Shown piece after piece: positions 36,116 to 45,165 of a stretch of DNA of 58,039 nt. This DNA comes from Bradyrhizobium sp. (GTDB taxonomy: Bacteria; Pseudomonadota; Alphaproteobacteria; Rhizobiales; Xanthobacteraceae), in contig JBOHIT010000591.1 of assembly GCA_050726155.1 (NCBI GenBank), forward strand, positions 1-58,039. Reading direction: 5' to 3'. The position numbers and the translations under genes are program-made. The notes beneath the pieces are model-generated. The model worked only from the letters and a program-made list of their open reading frames with translations, was not told the origin of the DNA and did no database searches. The stretch's first letter is position 1; every line of letters begins with the position of its first letter.

Positions 36116-37552
36116 ATGAGGCCCACGGATTGGAGATTTTGGAGCGCGCTTTTTGCCGTCACGATATTCCTGGGTTATTCAGCCGCCGCTGACCAGTGCG
36201 ATACTCTGCAGGACCCCGAGGCTACGATCACGGCCTGTACCCGGAGCATCAAGTCGGGGAAATGGAAGGGACCCAATCTGGCGGCCTACTACAACAATCG
36301 GGCTGTCGCTCATCGCAACAAGGGCGACAACGACCGCGCCATCGCCGACTTGAATGAGGCGATCCGACTCGATCCTAAATTGGCCATGGCCTTCAACAAT
36401 CGAGGTGCCGCATACAACGAACAGGGCGACAACGACCGCGCCGTCGCCGACTACAATGAGGCGATCCGGCTCGATCCAAGATTCGTCATGGCCTTCAACA
36501 ATCGGGGTAACGCCTACAGCGACAAGGGCGACAAAGACCGCGCCATCGCCGACTACGATGAGACGATCCGGCTCGATCCAAAGTTCGCCAGGGCCTTCCA
36601 AAATCGAGGTAGCGCCTACCACGACAAGGGCGACAACGACCGCGCCATTGCCGACTACAGTGAGGCGATCCGGCTCGATCCCAAACACGCCAAGGCCTTC
36701 CTCGGTCGAGGTATCACCTACGGCGCCAAGGGCGACAACGACCGCGCCATCGCCGACTTCAATGAGGCGATCCGGCTCGATCCCGGATCCGACATGACCT
36801 TCGACAAGCGAGGTAGCGTTTATCTCGAACAGGGCGACCTGGACCGCGCCATCGCAGACTACAGTGAGGCGATCCGGATTGATCCCGAAGATGCCGGCGT
36901 CTTCAGCAGTCGAGGTACCGCTTATCGCGCCAAGGGTGACTACGAGCGCGCCGTCGCCGACTACAGCGCGGCGATCCGATTCGATCCAAAGTCAGTCAAG
37001 GCTTTCGTCGGCCGCGGCGTTACTTATCACGCCAGGGGCGACCTCGACCGCGCTATCGCCGACTACAACGAGGCGATCCGGCTCAATCCGAAATCCCCGC
37101 TGGCCTACTTTGCTCGCGGGCGTTCATATCTCTTTGCTGGCTCGGTCGAAAAGGCGCTGGCCGATCTTGACCAGGCAAGTGCACATGCACCTGACAATGC
37201 CTATCTGGCGCTGTGGATCGATATTGTCGGTCAGCGGAGCAATCTCCCGAGCCGTCTGGCGCAATCCAGTTCCCGGATCGACATGAAGGTCTGGCCGGCA
37301 CCTGTCATCAGATTGTTCATGGGCCAAATGACGCTTGCTGCTGTACTTGCTGCCGCCGACGATCCTGACGCTACCAGGAAGAAGGGCCGGGTCTGCGAGG
37401 CGCATTTCTACAGTGGGGAGCACTCGCTGACGAAGGGATTGAAGGATGAGGCAACCGGCCTTTTCCGCTTGGCGGCGAGCGATTGCCCGCGCAGTTTCCT
37501 CGAGTGGGAAGCCGCCAATGCCGAGCTGAAGGCGCTTGGTGTAGTCCCATGA
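36116..37552 (+). CDS. exported TPR protein (9 TPRs plus NlpI-like C-terminus)
   Basis: Signal peptide; 34-aa repeats ..NRG..Y..KGD.DRAIADY.EAIRLDP; WPAPVIRLFMG..CEAHFYSG tail. Confidence 0.92.
   Translation: MRPTDWRFWSALFAVTIFLGYSAAADQCDTLQDPEATITACTRSIKSGKWKGPNLAAYYNNRAVAHRNKGDNDRAIADLNEAIRLDPKLAMAFNNRGAAYNEQGDNDRAVADYNEAIRLDPRFVMAFNNRGNAYSDKGDKDRAIADYDETIRLDPKFARAFQNRGSAYHDKGDNDRAIADYSEAIRLDPKHAKAFLGRGITYGAKGDNDRAIADFNEAIRLDPGSDMTFDKRGSVYLEQGDLDRAIADYSEAIRIDPEDAGVFSSRGTAYRAKGDYERAVADYSAAIRFDPKSVKAFVGRGVTYHARGDLDRAIADYNEAIRLNPKSPLAYFARGRSYLFAGSVEKALADLDQASAHAPDNAYLALWIDIVGQRSNLPSRLAQSSSRIDMKVWPAPVIRLFMGQMTLAAVLAAADDPDATRKKGRVCEAHFYSGEHSLTKGLKDEATGLFRLAASDCPRSFLEWEAANAELKALGVVP
36281..37198 (+). 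repeat. 102-bp tandem coding repeats (TPR array)
   Basis: Recurrent GGCGACAACGACCGCGCCATCGCCGACTAC..GAGGCGATCCGGCTCGATCC at a 102-nt period. Confidence 0.85.
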
Positions 37553-37569
37553 GCATGGGTTTCTCGCCC

Positions 37570-37673
37570 TAGAGCGTTTTCCAGCGAAGTGGATACCGGT
37601 TCGCGTCAAGAAAACGCGTCAAATCGAGAATCTAGAGCCCCGTTCCGATTCCATCGGAACGGAAAAGGCTCTA
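37570..37673. repeat. rhizobial intergenic palindromic mosaic element between convergent genes
   Basis: TAGAGCGTTTTCCAGCGAAGTGGATACCGGTTCGCGTCAAGAAAACGCG...TAGAGCCCCGTTCCGATTCCATCGGAACGGAAAAGGCTCTA; two hairpin modules bounded by TAGAGC/GCTCTA. Confidence 0.7.
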
Positions 37674-38660
37674 GTTCACCGTCGCACCGGATGACTGGAT
37701 GATCTTCGTCCATTTCGCGGTTTCTTCGGCGAGGAATTGCCCGAACGCGGGGCCCGAAATGTTGCCGGGCTCGGCGCCGAGTTCGGTAAACCGTTTTTGA
37801 ACGTCCGGCATTTTCAGGATCGTGTCGACTTCGCTCGCCAGTTTCGCAAGCACCGGCGCGGGTGTCTTCGCGGGCGCCACCAGCCCAAACCAGGCGGAGG
37901 CCTCGAAGCCGGGTACGCCGGATTCCGCAACCGTGGGAACGTCAGGCAGGGCGCTGGCGCGTTTGGTGCCGGCCACCGCAATCGCCTTGATGGTTTTGGC
38001 CTGAACCTGCGGCAGTACCGCCGGGATGTTGTCGAACATCATGGGAATATGCCCCGCGATGAGATCGTTCATGGCGGGCGCTGCACCCCGGTAGGGGAGG
38101 TGGACGATATTGATGCCGGTCATGCTCTTCAGCAATTCGCCGGCGAGATGATTGGTCGAGCCGTTGCCCGACGATCCGAAGTTGAGGGTGCCCGGCTTTG
38201 CCTTGGCGAGCGCGATCAGTTCTCTGACGTTGCTGGCTTCGACCGACGGATGCACGGCAAGCACGATCGGCACCGAGGCGACGAGCGAGATCGGCGCGAA
38301 TGCCTTTGCCGGATCATAGGGCAGGCTCTTATAGAGTGCCGCGTTGATGGTGAGCGGCGGCGGCGCCGTCAGCAGCAGCGTGTAACCGTCGGGCTCTGAA
38401 GTCGCGACCGCGTCCGCACCGATATTGCCGCCGGCACCGCCGCGGTTCTCGATCAGGAATGGTTGTCCCGTCCTTTCGCCAAGCTTCTGCGCCAAGATGC
38501 GGGCGATGATGTCATTGGAGCCGCCGGCTGGAAACGGCACCACGATTTTGACGGGACGCGATGGATAATCCTGCGCCGTGGCCGTGCCGCCCAACAGCAG
38601 AGCGCTGAAGGCGACAAGAATTGCGCGACGACTGAACGACCCCATGCTGCGTTTCCTCAT
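37671..38660 (-). CDS. tripartite tricarboxylate transporter substrate-binding protein (Bug/TctC)
   Basis: YPSRPVKIVVPFPAGGSND, ENRGGAGG, PDGYTLL, HLPYRGAAPA, PDVPTVAE. Confidence 0.93.
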   Translation of the reverse strand: MRKRSMGSFSRRAILVAFSALLLGGTATAQDYPSRPVKIVVPFPAGGSNDIIARILAQKLGERTGQPFLIENRGGAGGNIGADAVATSEPDGYTLLLTAPPPLTINAALYKSLPYDPAKAFAPISLVASVPIVLAVHPSVEASNVRELIALAKAKPGTLNFGSSGNGSTNHLAGELLKSMTGINIVHLPYRGAAPAMNDLIAGHIPMMFDNIPAVLPQVQAKTIKAIAVAGTKRASALPDVPTVAESGVPGFEASAWFGLVAPAKTPAPVLAKLASEVDTILKMPDVQKRFTELGAEPGNISGPAFGQFLAEETAKWTKIIQSSGATVN

Positions 38661-38868
38661 GCCCTGCGTCAGCTTTGTTCGCGCAAGATTCGTGTTCGTT
38701 GCTGGTGAAGAAGAATTGCAGGATCGGCATGAATGTCAACGATACGTTATTCTGCTTCGCGCGGCTGCAGCCTTCGAGTTCGCCGAAGGTATGGTTCGGA
38801 CATTCCAGATTGCCTTTGCCGAAGCGCGGCACGACGATGACATCGTCGATGTCAGATGCAACTGGCTG

Positions 38869-39111
38869 ATGAAAATGAACCCGTATTGGCTCGTTCGGCT
38901 GAATGACCTTCTGGCTTGGCTCAACCCGGCCTTGGGCCTTGTCGCCGCGCTGCTGGCGTTGCTGACGATCGCGGCGGCAGCGGAGCGCTTTCCCCGGAAT
39001 GCGGCGAGTCCGGCGGTTCAGGGTGCGCGATCCGTCCAGGTCGTCGCGTCGGCCGAATGTGCGCGCCCGGCCTTGCCGCCCGAACTGCGGGATATGCGGC
39101 TTTACGACTGA
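38869..39111 (+). CDS. small hypothetical membrane protein
   Basis: MKMNPYWLVRLNDLLAWLNPALGLVAALLALLTIAAAA...; single TM segment; fills the gap between genes. Confidence 0.6.
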   Translation: MKMNPYWLVRLNDLLAWLNPALGLVAALLALLTIAAAAERFPRNAASPAVQGARSVQVVASAECARPALPPELRDMRLYD

Positions 39112-39130
39112 TGGCCCCGACCTTGGCGGT

Positions 39131-40060
39131 TCAGGCCGGCAGCACTTCCCTGCGCGGTATCGTCCCAATCGCGATGCCTCCCAGGATCAACAGCATCGCG
39201 ACGATCAGGTCGGTCGTGATCGCTTCACCTAGAATGAATGCCGAGCTCGCAACCCCGATGACGGGCGTCGCGAGCAGCCCAAGCGATGTGACGGCGGCCG
39301 GCAGGCTGCGATTGACGGTTGCCATTGCCCAATAGGCCAGTGCCGTTCCGATGATCCCGCTGAAGAGAAACAGTCCGACCAGTTGCGCGTTCCACGTCAG
39401 ATGCGGAACACCATCCTTCAGAAGCGCCAGCACGGAGACCACCAGCGTTGCGAGCAGTGTTTGCCAGAACCCCAGCTGAAACGGCGTCGAGATCCAGCGG
39501 TGGGCGCGGACGTAGACGATGCTGACGGCCCAGCACAGCGCGGCCAGCAGGATGCAGCCGCTTCCGGCCAGGGTGTTGGCATCGCTCCAGTTGAAGGCGA
39601 ATGGATTGAACATCACGGCGAGGCCGGCCAGACCGACCACCATTCCCAGTGAGCGCGATGGGGTCATTCGCTCGCCCAGGAACAGCCAGGCGGCGGGCAT
39701 CACCCAGAGCGGCGTCGTGTAGCCGAGCACGATGGAGCGGCCGACAGCGGCGAATTGCAGCCCGAATGCGACGAGTGCCGAAAACGCCACCAAATGAAAT
39801 ATCGAATTGACGAAGATGACGGGTAGATCGCCCCGGCGCGGCACGATCATTTCGCCTCGCACCAACAGGAGTATGGCCAGCGCCACCGTGGCGATGGCGG
39901 ACCGGATCGCCGTGATCCACAGCGGCGTGACGCTTTGGACGAGGATCTTGGTAACCGGCCAGGTCAGACCCCAGGCCAGGACGATCACCGCGAACAGCAC
40001 GAGTGCGCTGCGACGCGATAAATGGGGCTGCATGCTGATTCCGTCGGTTGGCATTGTCAC
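39131..40060 (-). CDS. DMT/EamA-family transporter (start may be 40033)
   Basis: About 10 hydrophobic segments; WGLTWP, YTTPLW, LGER and LGEA motifs. Confidence 0.9.
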   Translation of the reverse strand: MTMPTDGISMQPHLSRRSALVLFAVIVLAWGLTWPVTKILVQSVTPLWITAIRSAIATVALAILLLVRGEMIVPRRGDLPVIFVNSIFHLVAFSALVAFGLQFAAVGRSIVLGYTTPLWVMPAAWLFLGERMTPSRSLGMVVGLAGLAVMFNPFAFNWSDANTLAGSGCILLAALCWAVSIVYVRAHRWISTPFQLGFWQTLLATLVVSVLALLKDGVPHLTWNAQLVGLFLFSGIIGTALAYWAMATVNRSLPAAVTSLGLLATPVIGVASSAFILGEAITTDLIVAMLLILGGIAIGTIPRREVLPA

Positions 40061-40125
40061 TGCCGACCATAGCCTTGACTGGCATGGAGAACAGGTCCAT
40101 TTCTCGGAAAATCATAGGGCCAGTT

Positions 40126-41589
40126 ATGACGAGCCTGCTTTCCGGAACGGTCGACCTGAAATTCGTGCCGCAGGACAGCGGTCGCCTGACGCGTCAGATC
40201 TACGATCGCCTGCGCATGGCCATCCTGTCGGGCGCCTTGCCCCACGGATATCGGCTGCCGTCCAGCCGCGTGCTGGCGCAAGACTTCAAGGTCTCGCGCA
40301 ACACCGTCTCAATCGTCGTCGATCAGCTCGCGGTGGAAGGCTACGTTGTCGTTTCGCGCGGGCGCCGCCCGATGGTCGCGGCGGTCGAGAAGATGCGGCT
40401 GATCTCCGGTGACGCCCGGGGTCTCCAGGGTTCTGGTCCGATGCGGATTTCGCGGTGGGCCAGACTGGTCAGCCGCTCGGACCGGCACTTCACCAACGAG
40501 GGGCGGCCGCAGCCATTTGCTCCAGGGCTTGCCGACGCCCGCGAGTTTCCGCATGAGGTGTGGGCGCGCTGCCTGCGCCGCGCCGCGCGCAGCCGGCATT
40601 TATCGGGCGTGATCGGCGTCAACCATCCGGCGCTTCGTGCCGCCTTGCTCAGCCATCTCGTGGAGTGTCGCGGCGTCAAGGCGGACGTACGACGGCTGAT
40701 CATCACGTCGTCGGCCCAGGCTGCCATCGAATTGATCTCGCGCGTCATTCTCAACGAAGGCGACCTGGCATGGATCGAGAGCCCCGGTTATGGCGGCGCG
40801 CGCGTGGCGTTTGAAGCGACCGGCGCGCGGGTGCGGGGAATCTCGCTTGACGGGAGCGGGCTGCGGCTCGCCGGGCGGACCGAGCGGCCGCGGCTGATCT
40901 TCTGCACGCCCTCGCATCAATACCCGACGGGAAGGCTGATGCCGATCAAGCGGCGGCAGGAATTGCTGGCATTCGCCGCGGAAACGGGGGCTGCCATCAT
41001 CGAGGACGATTACGACAGCGAGTTTCACTTTGATGGCAGGCCGGTGGTCGCATTGCAGGGGCTCGATACGTCCGGCAACGTTTTCTATGTCGGGACGTTC
41101 TCGAAATCGATGATTCCCGATATCCGCGTCGGCTACGCCATCGTGCCCGATGGCCTCGTCGAGACATTCGAGCGGGTGCAGCGCCATACCAGCCAAATGG
41201 TGACGGGCGCGACGCAGGCGGCGCTGGCGGAGTTCATCACCGACGGGGACTTTGCGACGCACATCCGCCGGATGACCCGCATCTACCGTGGCCGTCGTGA
41301 CCGGCTGGCGGCTGCATTGGCATCGGCGGCCGGTGACAGGCTGGCAATCACGCCGCCGGCCGGCGGCATGCAGCTTCTCGCCCGGCTTGAACCGGGGACG
41401 GACGATTGCGCTCTCGTGGCTGATCTGGCGAGGATTGGAATGACGGCGCGACCGCTTTCCCGGCACTTTACCGGGCAAGTTGCCGAGCACGGGTTGTTTC
41501 TTGGATTCGCCGCCTGGAACGATGCCGAAATCGACGCCGGCGCTGACCGCATCGGTACGGCGCTGGCAAGGACTCGTCGCAAGCGATGA
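40126..41589 (+). CDS. MocR/GabR-family regulator (GntR HTH plus PLP aminotransferase domain)
   Basis: RLPSSRVLA..VSRNTV; TPSHQYPTG, IIEDDYDSEF, GTFSKSM; divergent from the DMT gene. Confidence 0.93.
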   Translation: MTSLLSGTVDLKFVPQDSGRLTRQIYDRLRMAILSGALPHGYRLPSSRVLAQDFKVSRNTVSIVVDQLAVEGYVVVSRGRRPMVAAVEKMRLISGDARGLQGSGPMRISRWARLVSRSDRHFTNEGRPQPFAPGLADAREFPHEVWARCLRRAARSRHLSGVIGVNHPALRAALLSHLVECRGVKADVRRLIITSSAQAAIELISRVILNEGDLAWIESPGYGGARVAFEATGARVRGISLDGSGLRLAGRTERPRLIFCTPSHQYPTGRLMPIKRRQELLAFAAETGAAIIEDDYDSEFHFDGRPVVALQGLDTSGNVFYVGTFSKSMIPDIRVGYAIVPDGLVETFERVQRHTSQMVTGATQAALAEFITDGDFATHIRRMTRIYRGRRDRLAAALASAAGDRLAITPPAGGMQLLARLEPGTDDCALVADLARIGMTARPLSRHFTGQVAEHGLFLGFAAWNDAEIDAGADRIGTALARTRRKR

Positions 41590-41703
41590 AACTGCGCGAT
41601 CGGATCAATCGAAACTGATCGCGGACGGCTCGACCCGATCGTCAATTTGTATCAAGCTGATGCGCCGGAGCGATTTTCACTCCGGGCATCGAAAGAATTT
41701 TCC

Positions 41704-42858
41704 ATGAGCGCTGAAATCAAGCCCTATCGCATCTCGGTTGGCGACGATGTGCTCGACGATCTGAAGTCGCGGTTGCGGAACACGCGCTGGCCGGAAGCCG
41801 AACTGGTTGACGATTGGAGCCAGGGCGCGCCGCTGAAATGGATCAAGGACGTTTGCCGGTACTGGGCCGAGGAATATGACTGGCGTGCGCGCGAGGCGCG
41901 CCTTAATCGCTTTACCCAGTTCACCACTGAAGTCGACGGGCTCGACATTCACTTCCTGCATGTCCGTTCGCCGCATCCGCAGGCGATGCCGCTGATCATC
42001 ACCCATGGCTGGCCGGGTTCAGTGGTCGAGTTCCACAAGGTGATCGAGCCGCTGACCAATCCGACCGCCTTTGGCGGCAACGCCGCCGACGCCTTTCACG
42101 TCGTCTGTCCGTCATTGCCGGGCTTCGGCTTTTCGGCCAAACCCACCACCACCGGGTGGGGCGTCGATCGCATCGCGTCGGCCTGGGCGGTGCTGATGGA
42201 CCGCCTCGGCTATTCGCGGTATGGCGCACAGGGCGGCGACTGGGGCTCGGCGGTGACGACCGCGCTGGGCGCGCAGGACGGCGAACATTGCGCCGGCATT
42301 CACATCACGCTCGCGATGGCGTCGCGGCCCAATGTCGAGGGGCAGCCGACGCCGGAGGAGGCGCGGGCGCTGCAGGGGATCAAGTATTACGCCGATTGGG
42401 ATTCCGGCTATTCCAAGCAGCAATCGACCCGGCCGCAAACGCTTGGGTATGGGCTGACGGATTCGCCGAGCGGCCAGGCGGCGTGGATTCTCGAAAAGTT
42501 CTGGGCCTGGACCGATTGCGACGGCCATCCCGAAAACATCCTCAGCCGCGACGAACTGCTCGACAACGTCATGCTGTATTGGGTGACCGCGACATCAGCC
42601 TCATCGGCCCGTCTGTATTGGGAGAGTTTTGGGCCGAAACGCCGCACGCCGCACAAGGTGACGATACCGAGCGGCGTCGCCGTGTTTCCCAAGGAGATCG
42701 TCACCCCGGTGCGACGCTGGATGGAGGCCGGCTACACCGATATCCGGCACTGGCGGGAAATGCCGAAGGGCGGCCATTTCGCGGCCTTCGAGCAGCCCGA
42801 GCTGTTCGTTCCGGAAGTGCGGGACTTCTTCAGGACGCTGCGCCAGCCCTCCGCATAA
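41704..42858 (+). CDS. epoxide hydrolase (microsomal type)
   Basis: HGWPGS, QGGDWGS, DSPSGQAAWILEKF, GGHFAAFEQP. Confidence 0.93.
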   Translation: MSAEIKPYRISVGDDVLDDLKSRLRNTRWPEAELVDDWSQGAPLKWIKDVCRYWAEEYDWRAREARLNRFTQFTTEVDGLDIHFLHVRSPHPQAMPLIITHGWPGSVVEFHKVIEPLTNPTAFGGNAADAFHVVCPSLPGFGFSAKPTTTGWGVDRIASAWAVLMDRLGYSRYGAQGGDWGSAVTTALGAQDGEHCAGIHITLAMASRPNVEGQPTPEEARALQGIKYYADWDSGYSKQQSTRPQTLGYGLTDSPSGQAAWILEKFWAWTDCDGHPENILSRDELLDNVMLYWVTATSASSARLYWESFGPKRRTPHKVTIPSGVAVFPKEIVTPVRRWMEAGYTDIRHWREMPKGGHFAAFEQPELFVPEVRDFFRTLRQPSA

Positions 42859-42955
42859 AGTCGGCTATCCCGGCACTCCGTGCGCGGCTAGATTCCGGCT
42901 TGCAAGGCTCACCCGAGGGGAAGAAGAAGCCGCACCGTCCAGGGAGTGGATAGCG

Positions 42956-43066
42956 ATGCTTGCTTTTATCGGAGCGCACCCGAATATCGACGTGATCATT
43001 TTCTACATTCTTGCTACTGCGATACTGACCGTTACCCTCTACCGCCACCATCGAAAGCCCGGCTAA
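42956..43066 (+). CDS. candidate 36-aa single-pass membrane peptide (not in ORF track)
   Basis: MLAFIGAHPNIDVIIFYILATAILTVTLYRHHRKPG*; GGGAGTGGA upstream. Confidence 0.5.
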   Translation: MLAFIGAHPNIDVIIFYILATAILTVTLYRHHRKPG

Positions 43067-43102
43067 CGGCGCTGCACGGACACGGTGCCTTGATCTGATC
43101 GT

Positions 43103-44050
43103 TCAGAGATACCAGGCGAGCACGGCCTTGAGCTGGGCGTTCTCGATCACCGGCAGCACCACGATCTGGTTCATGCCGGCCGCGCGCGCCGCCTGCGACG
43201 CCACAGACTCATCAACCTTCAGATGCTCGTTGATCGCCGGCATGCCGGTCGCCCAGGCGCCGCCGATGCTGCCTTCGCCTTTGCCGATGCTCTTCGATGC
43301 ATAGAGCTGTTCAAGCTCGGTGTTCTTGCTGCAATCGCCGGACTGGAAGACCAATCTCGATCGCGCTTCGTTCGGCACCCAGATTTCAAAGCGCCTCGCG
43401 ATCGGCGTTGCCTGTGCCGACAGGAACGTCATCACCCAGGTTTTTTCCGGCGACGTCATGTAGGGAATGCCGACGCCGCAATTGATGCCGATTTCGGAGG
43501 CTTCTTCCCAGCGCAGGAACCGCTTTGAATTGTGCAGGTCCTTGATGATCAGCGGCATGCCGGCCTTCCAGGTCCGGCCGGGCAGGCCAAAGCCGCGCGG
43601 AAACTTGGTGTGCCTTGAATTGAATTCGAACATGTCGGCGGTGCCGTAATAGCCGTCGACCAGACCCATTTCGTGGCTGACGTCGGCATCGTTTTGCCAC
43701 AGCTCGATGGCGCCGACGTGCTTTTCGTCGTCACCGCAAAACAGCACCATCACGGCCATCAGGAATTCGCCGGCGAAGACCGGCAGCGCCACGCCGCAGG
43801 TCAATCCCGCTTCGATCGCCTCGTCGGTGCGCTTGAAATAGGAGTTGGCAAATTTGGTGAGAATGACGGGATGGCCGGAGGCCCAGGCTTTGCCGGGCAG
43901 GCCTTCGTCATAGGCAAACAAGGCGTTTTCGCTGACCGCCTTGAATTCCGAATACTCCGCGCTGCAAAGGCTGCCGCCGAACTCCAGCCGGGTGCGGGTT
44001 CGGTCCGGCACCCACAATTCAACCACTCGAATGAACGTCTTCATCGGCAC
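43103..44050 (-). CDS. stand-alone tandem GAF-domain protein
   Basis: Repeated GEGLPG/GFGLPG/GEGSIG..W..G.P motifs; no output domain. Confidence 0.8.
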   Translation of the reverse strand: MPMKTFIRVVELWVPDRTRTRLEFGGSLCSAEYSEFKAVSENALFAYDEGLPGKAWASGHPVILTKFANSYFKRTDEAIEAGLTCGVALPVFAGEFLMAVMVLFCGDDEKHVGAIELWQNDADVSHEMGLVDGYYGTADMFEFNSRHTKFPRGFGLPGRTWKAGMPLIIKDLHNSKRFLRWEEASEIGINCGVGIPYMTSPEKTWVMTFLSAQATPIARRFEIWVPNEARSRLVFQSGDCSKNTELEQLYASKSIGKGEGSIGGAWATGMPAINEHLKVDESVASQAARAAGMNQIVVLPVIENAQLKAVLAWYL

Positions 44051-44162
44051 ATGCCTGTCGCCTCATCGACGACCAGCATCGGCGATTTAGCGACGGTGTG
44101 TGCGATCAAATTACAGGCAAGGCCCGCCCAAAGATCGTGCGGAACGCGAGCGGGCCGGGAGC

Positions 44163-44957
44163 CTAGTTCTTGTAGGACGGATCGGTGCGGTCGAGCTTGC
44201 GCAGATATGCGGGCCACGCGAGGTCGCCGTTTCGAGCGGGCCGGTCAGCCCGCGGCTTGACCTTGTCGTAGGTCGCTTCGAGTATGTCGCGTGGCGGATA
44301 GGTCAGCTTGGTGTTGCAGGACAGCGCCATGACCTGCACCTGGCAGGCGCGTTCCAGACGCCACAGCACGTTGAAGGCCGAGGGCACCGTACGGCCGACC
44401 ACCAGCAGGCCGTGGTTGCGCAGGATCATGGCTTCGTGGTCGCCGAGGTCTCTGACCAGCCGTTCACGCTCGCCGACATCGTCGGCAATCCCTTCAAAAT
44501 CATGATAGGCGACGTGGAGAAACCGCATCGAGGTTTGCGCGATCGGGAGGATGCCGCATTCCATCGCGGACACCGCCATGCCGGCCGGCGTGTGCGTGTG
44601 CGCAACGCAGTCCATGTCGTGCTTGGCCATATGGATGGCGCTATGAATGACGAAGCCGGCGAGGTTGACGTTGTAGTCGGTGACGTTGAGCAGGGTGTTG
44701 CCCTCGACATCGACCTTGATCAGGCAGGAGGCGTTGATCTCCTCATAGAGCATTCCGTAGGGATTGATCAGGAACTGGTCCGTCGTTCCCGGCACCCGGC
44801 AAGAGATGTGGTTGGCGATCATCTCGGTCATGCCGTACATCTCGGTGAGCCGGTAACACGCCGCGAGATCGACCCGCGCCTGCCATTCCTCAGCGCTCAC
44901 CTGTTCCCGAACCGATTTCACGACCTTGATGGCGGGCGAATTGACGGGAGGATTCAT
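44163..44957 (-). CDS. class II aldolase/adducin family protein
   Basis: EEWQARVDLAACYRL, FLINPYG, GFVIHSAIH, HTHT, LRNHGLL. Confidence 0.92.
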   Translation of the reverse strand: MNPPVNSPAIKVVKSVREQVSAEEWQARVDLAACYRLTEMYGMTEMIANHISCRVPGTTDQFLINPYGMLYEEINASCLIKVDVEGNTLLNVTDYNVNLAGFVIHSAIHMAKHDMDCVAHTHTPAGMAVSAMECGILPIAQTSMRFLHVAYHDFEGIADDVGERERLVRDLGDHEAMILRNHGLLVVGRTVPSAFNVLWRLERACQVQVMALSCNTKLTYPPRDILEATYDKVKPRADRPARNGDLAWPAYLRKLDRTDPSYKN

Positions 44958-45165
44958 GGCGTTTCTCCGGTGGGGCGGTTATCGCTTATCGGGCCGCGCA
45001 GGGACCCTCTATTGCCGGGCAGGATAGCGGCAGAACTCATTGCGCCGCAAGGCGAGCACTACCGGTTTATTGCAGGGCTGGCGGGCGAAATCCGAATGCG
45101 CCATTGGCGCAAAATCCGCTTCGATGCCAGTATCCGGACAGAAATTGCCACCGGGGTAAGCCGTT

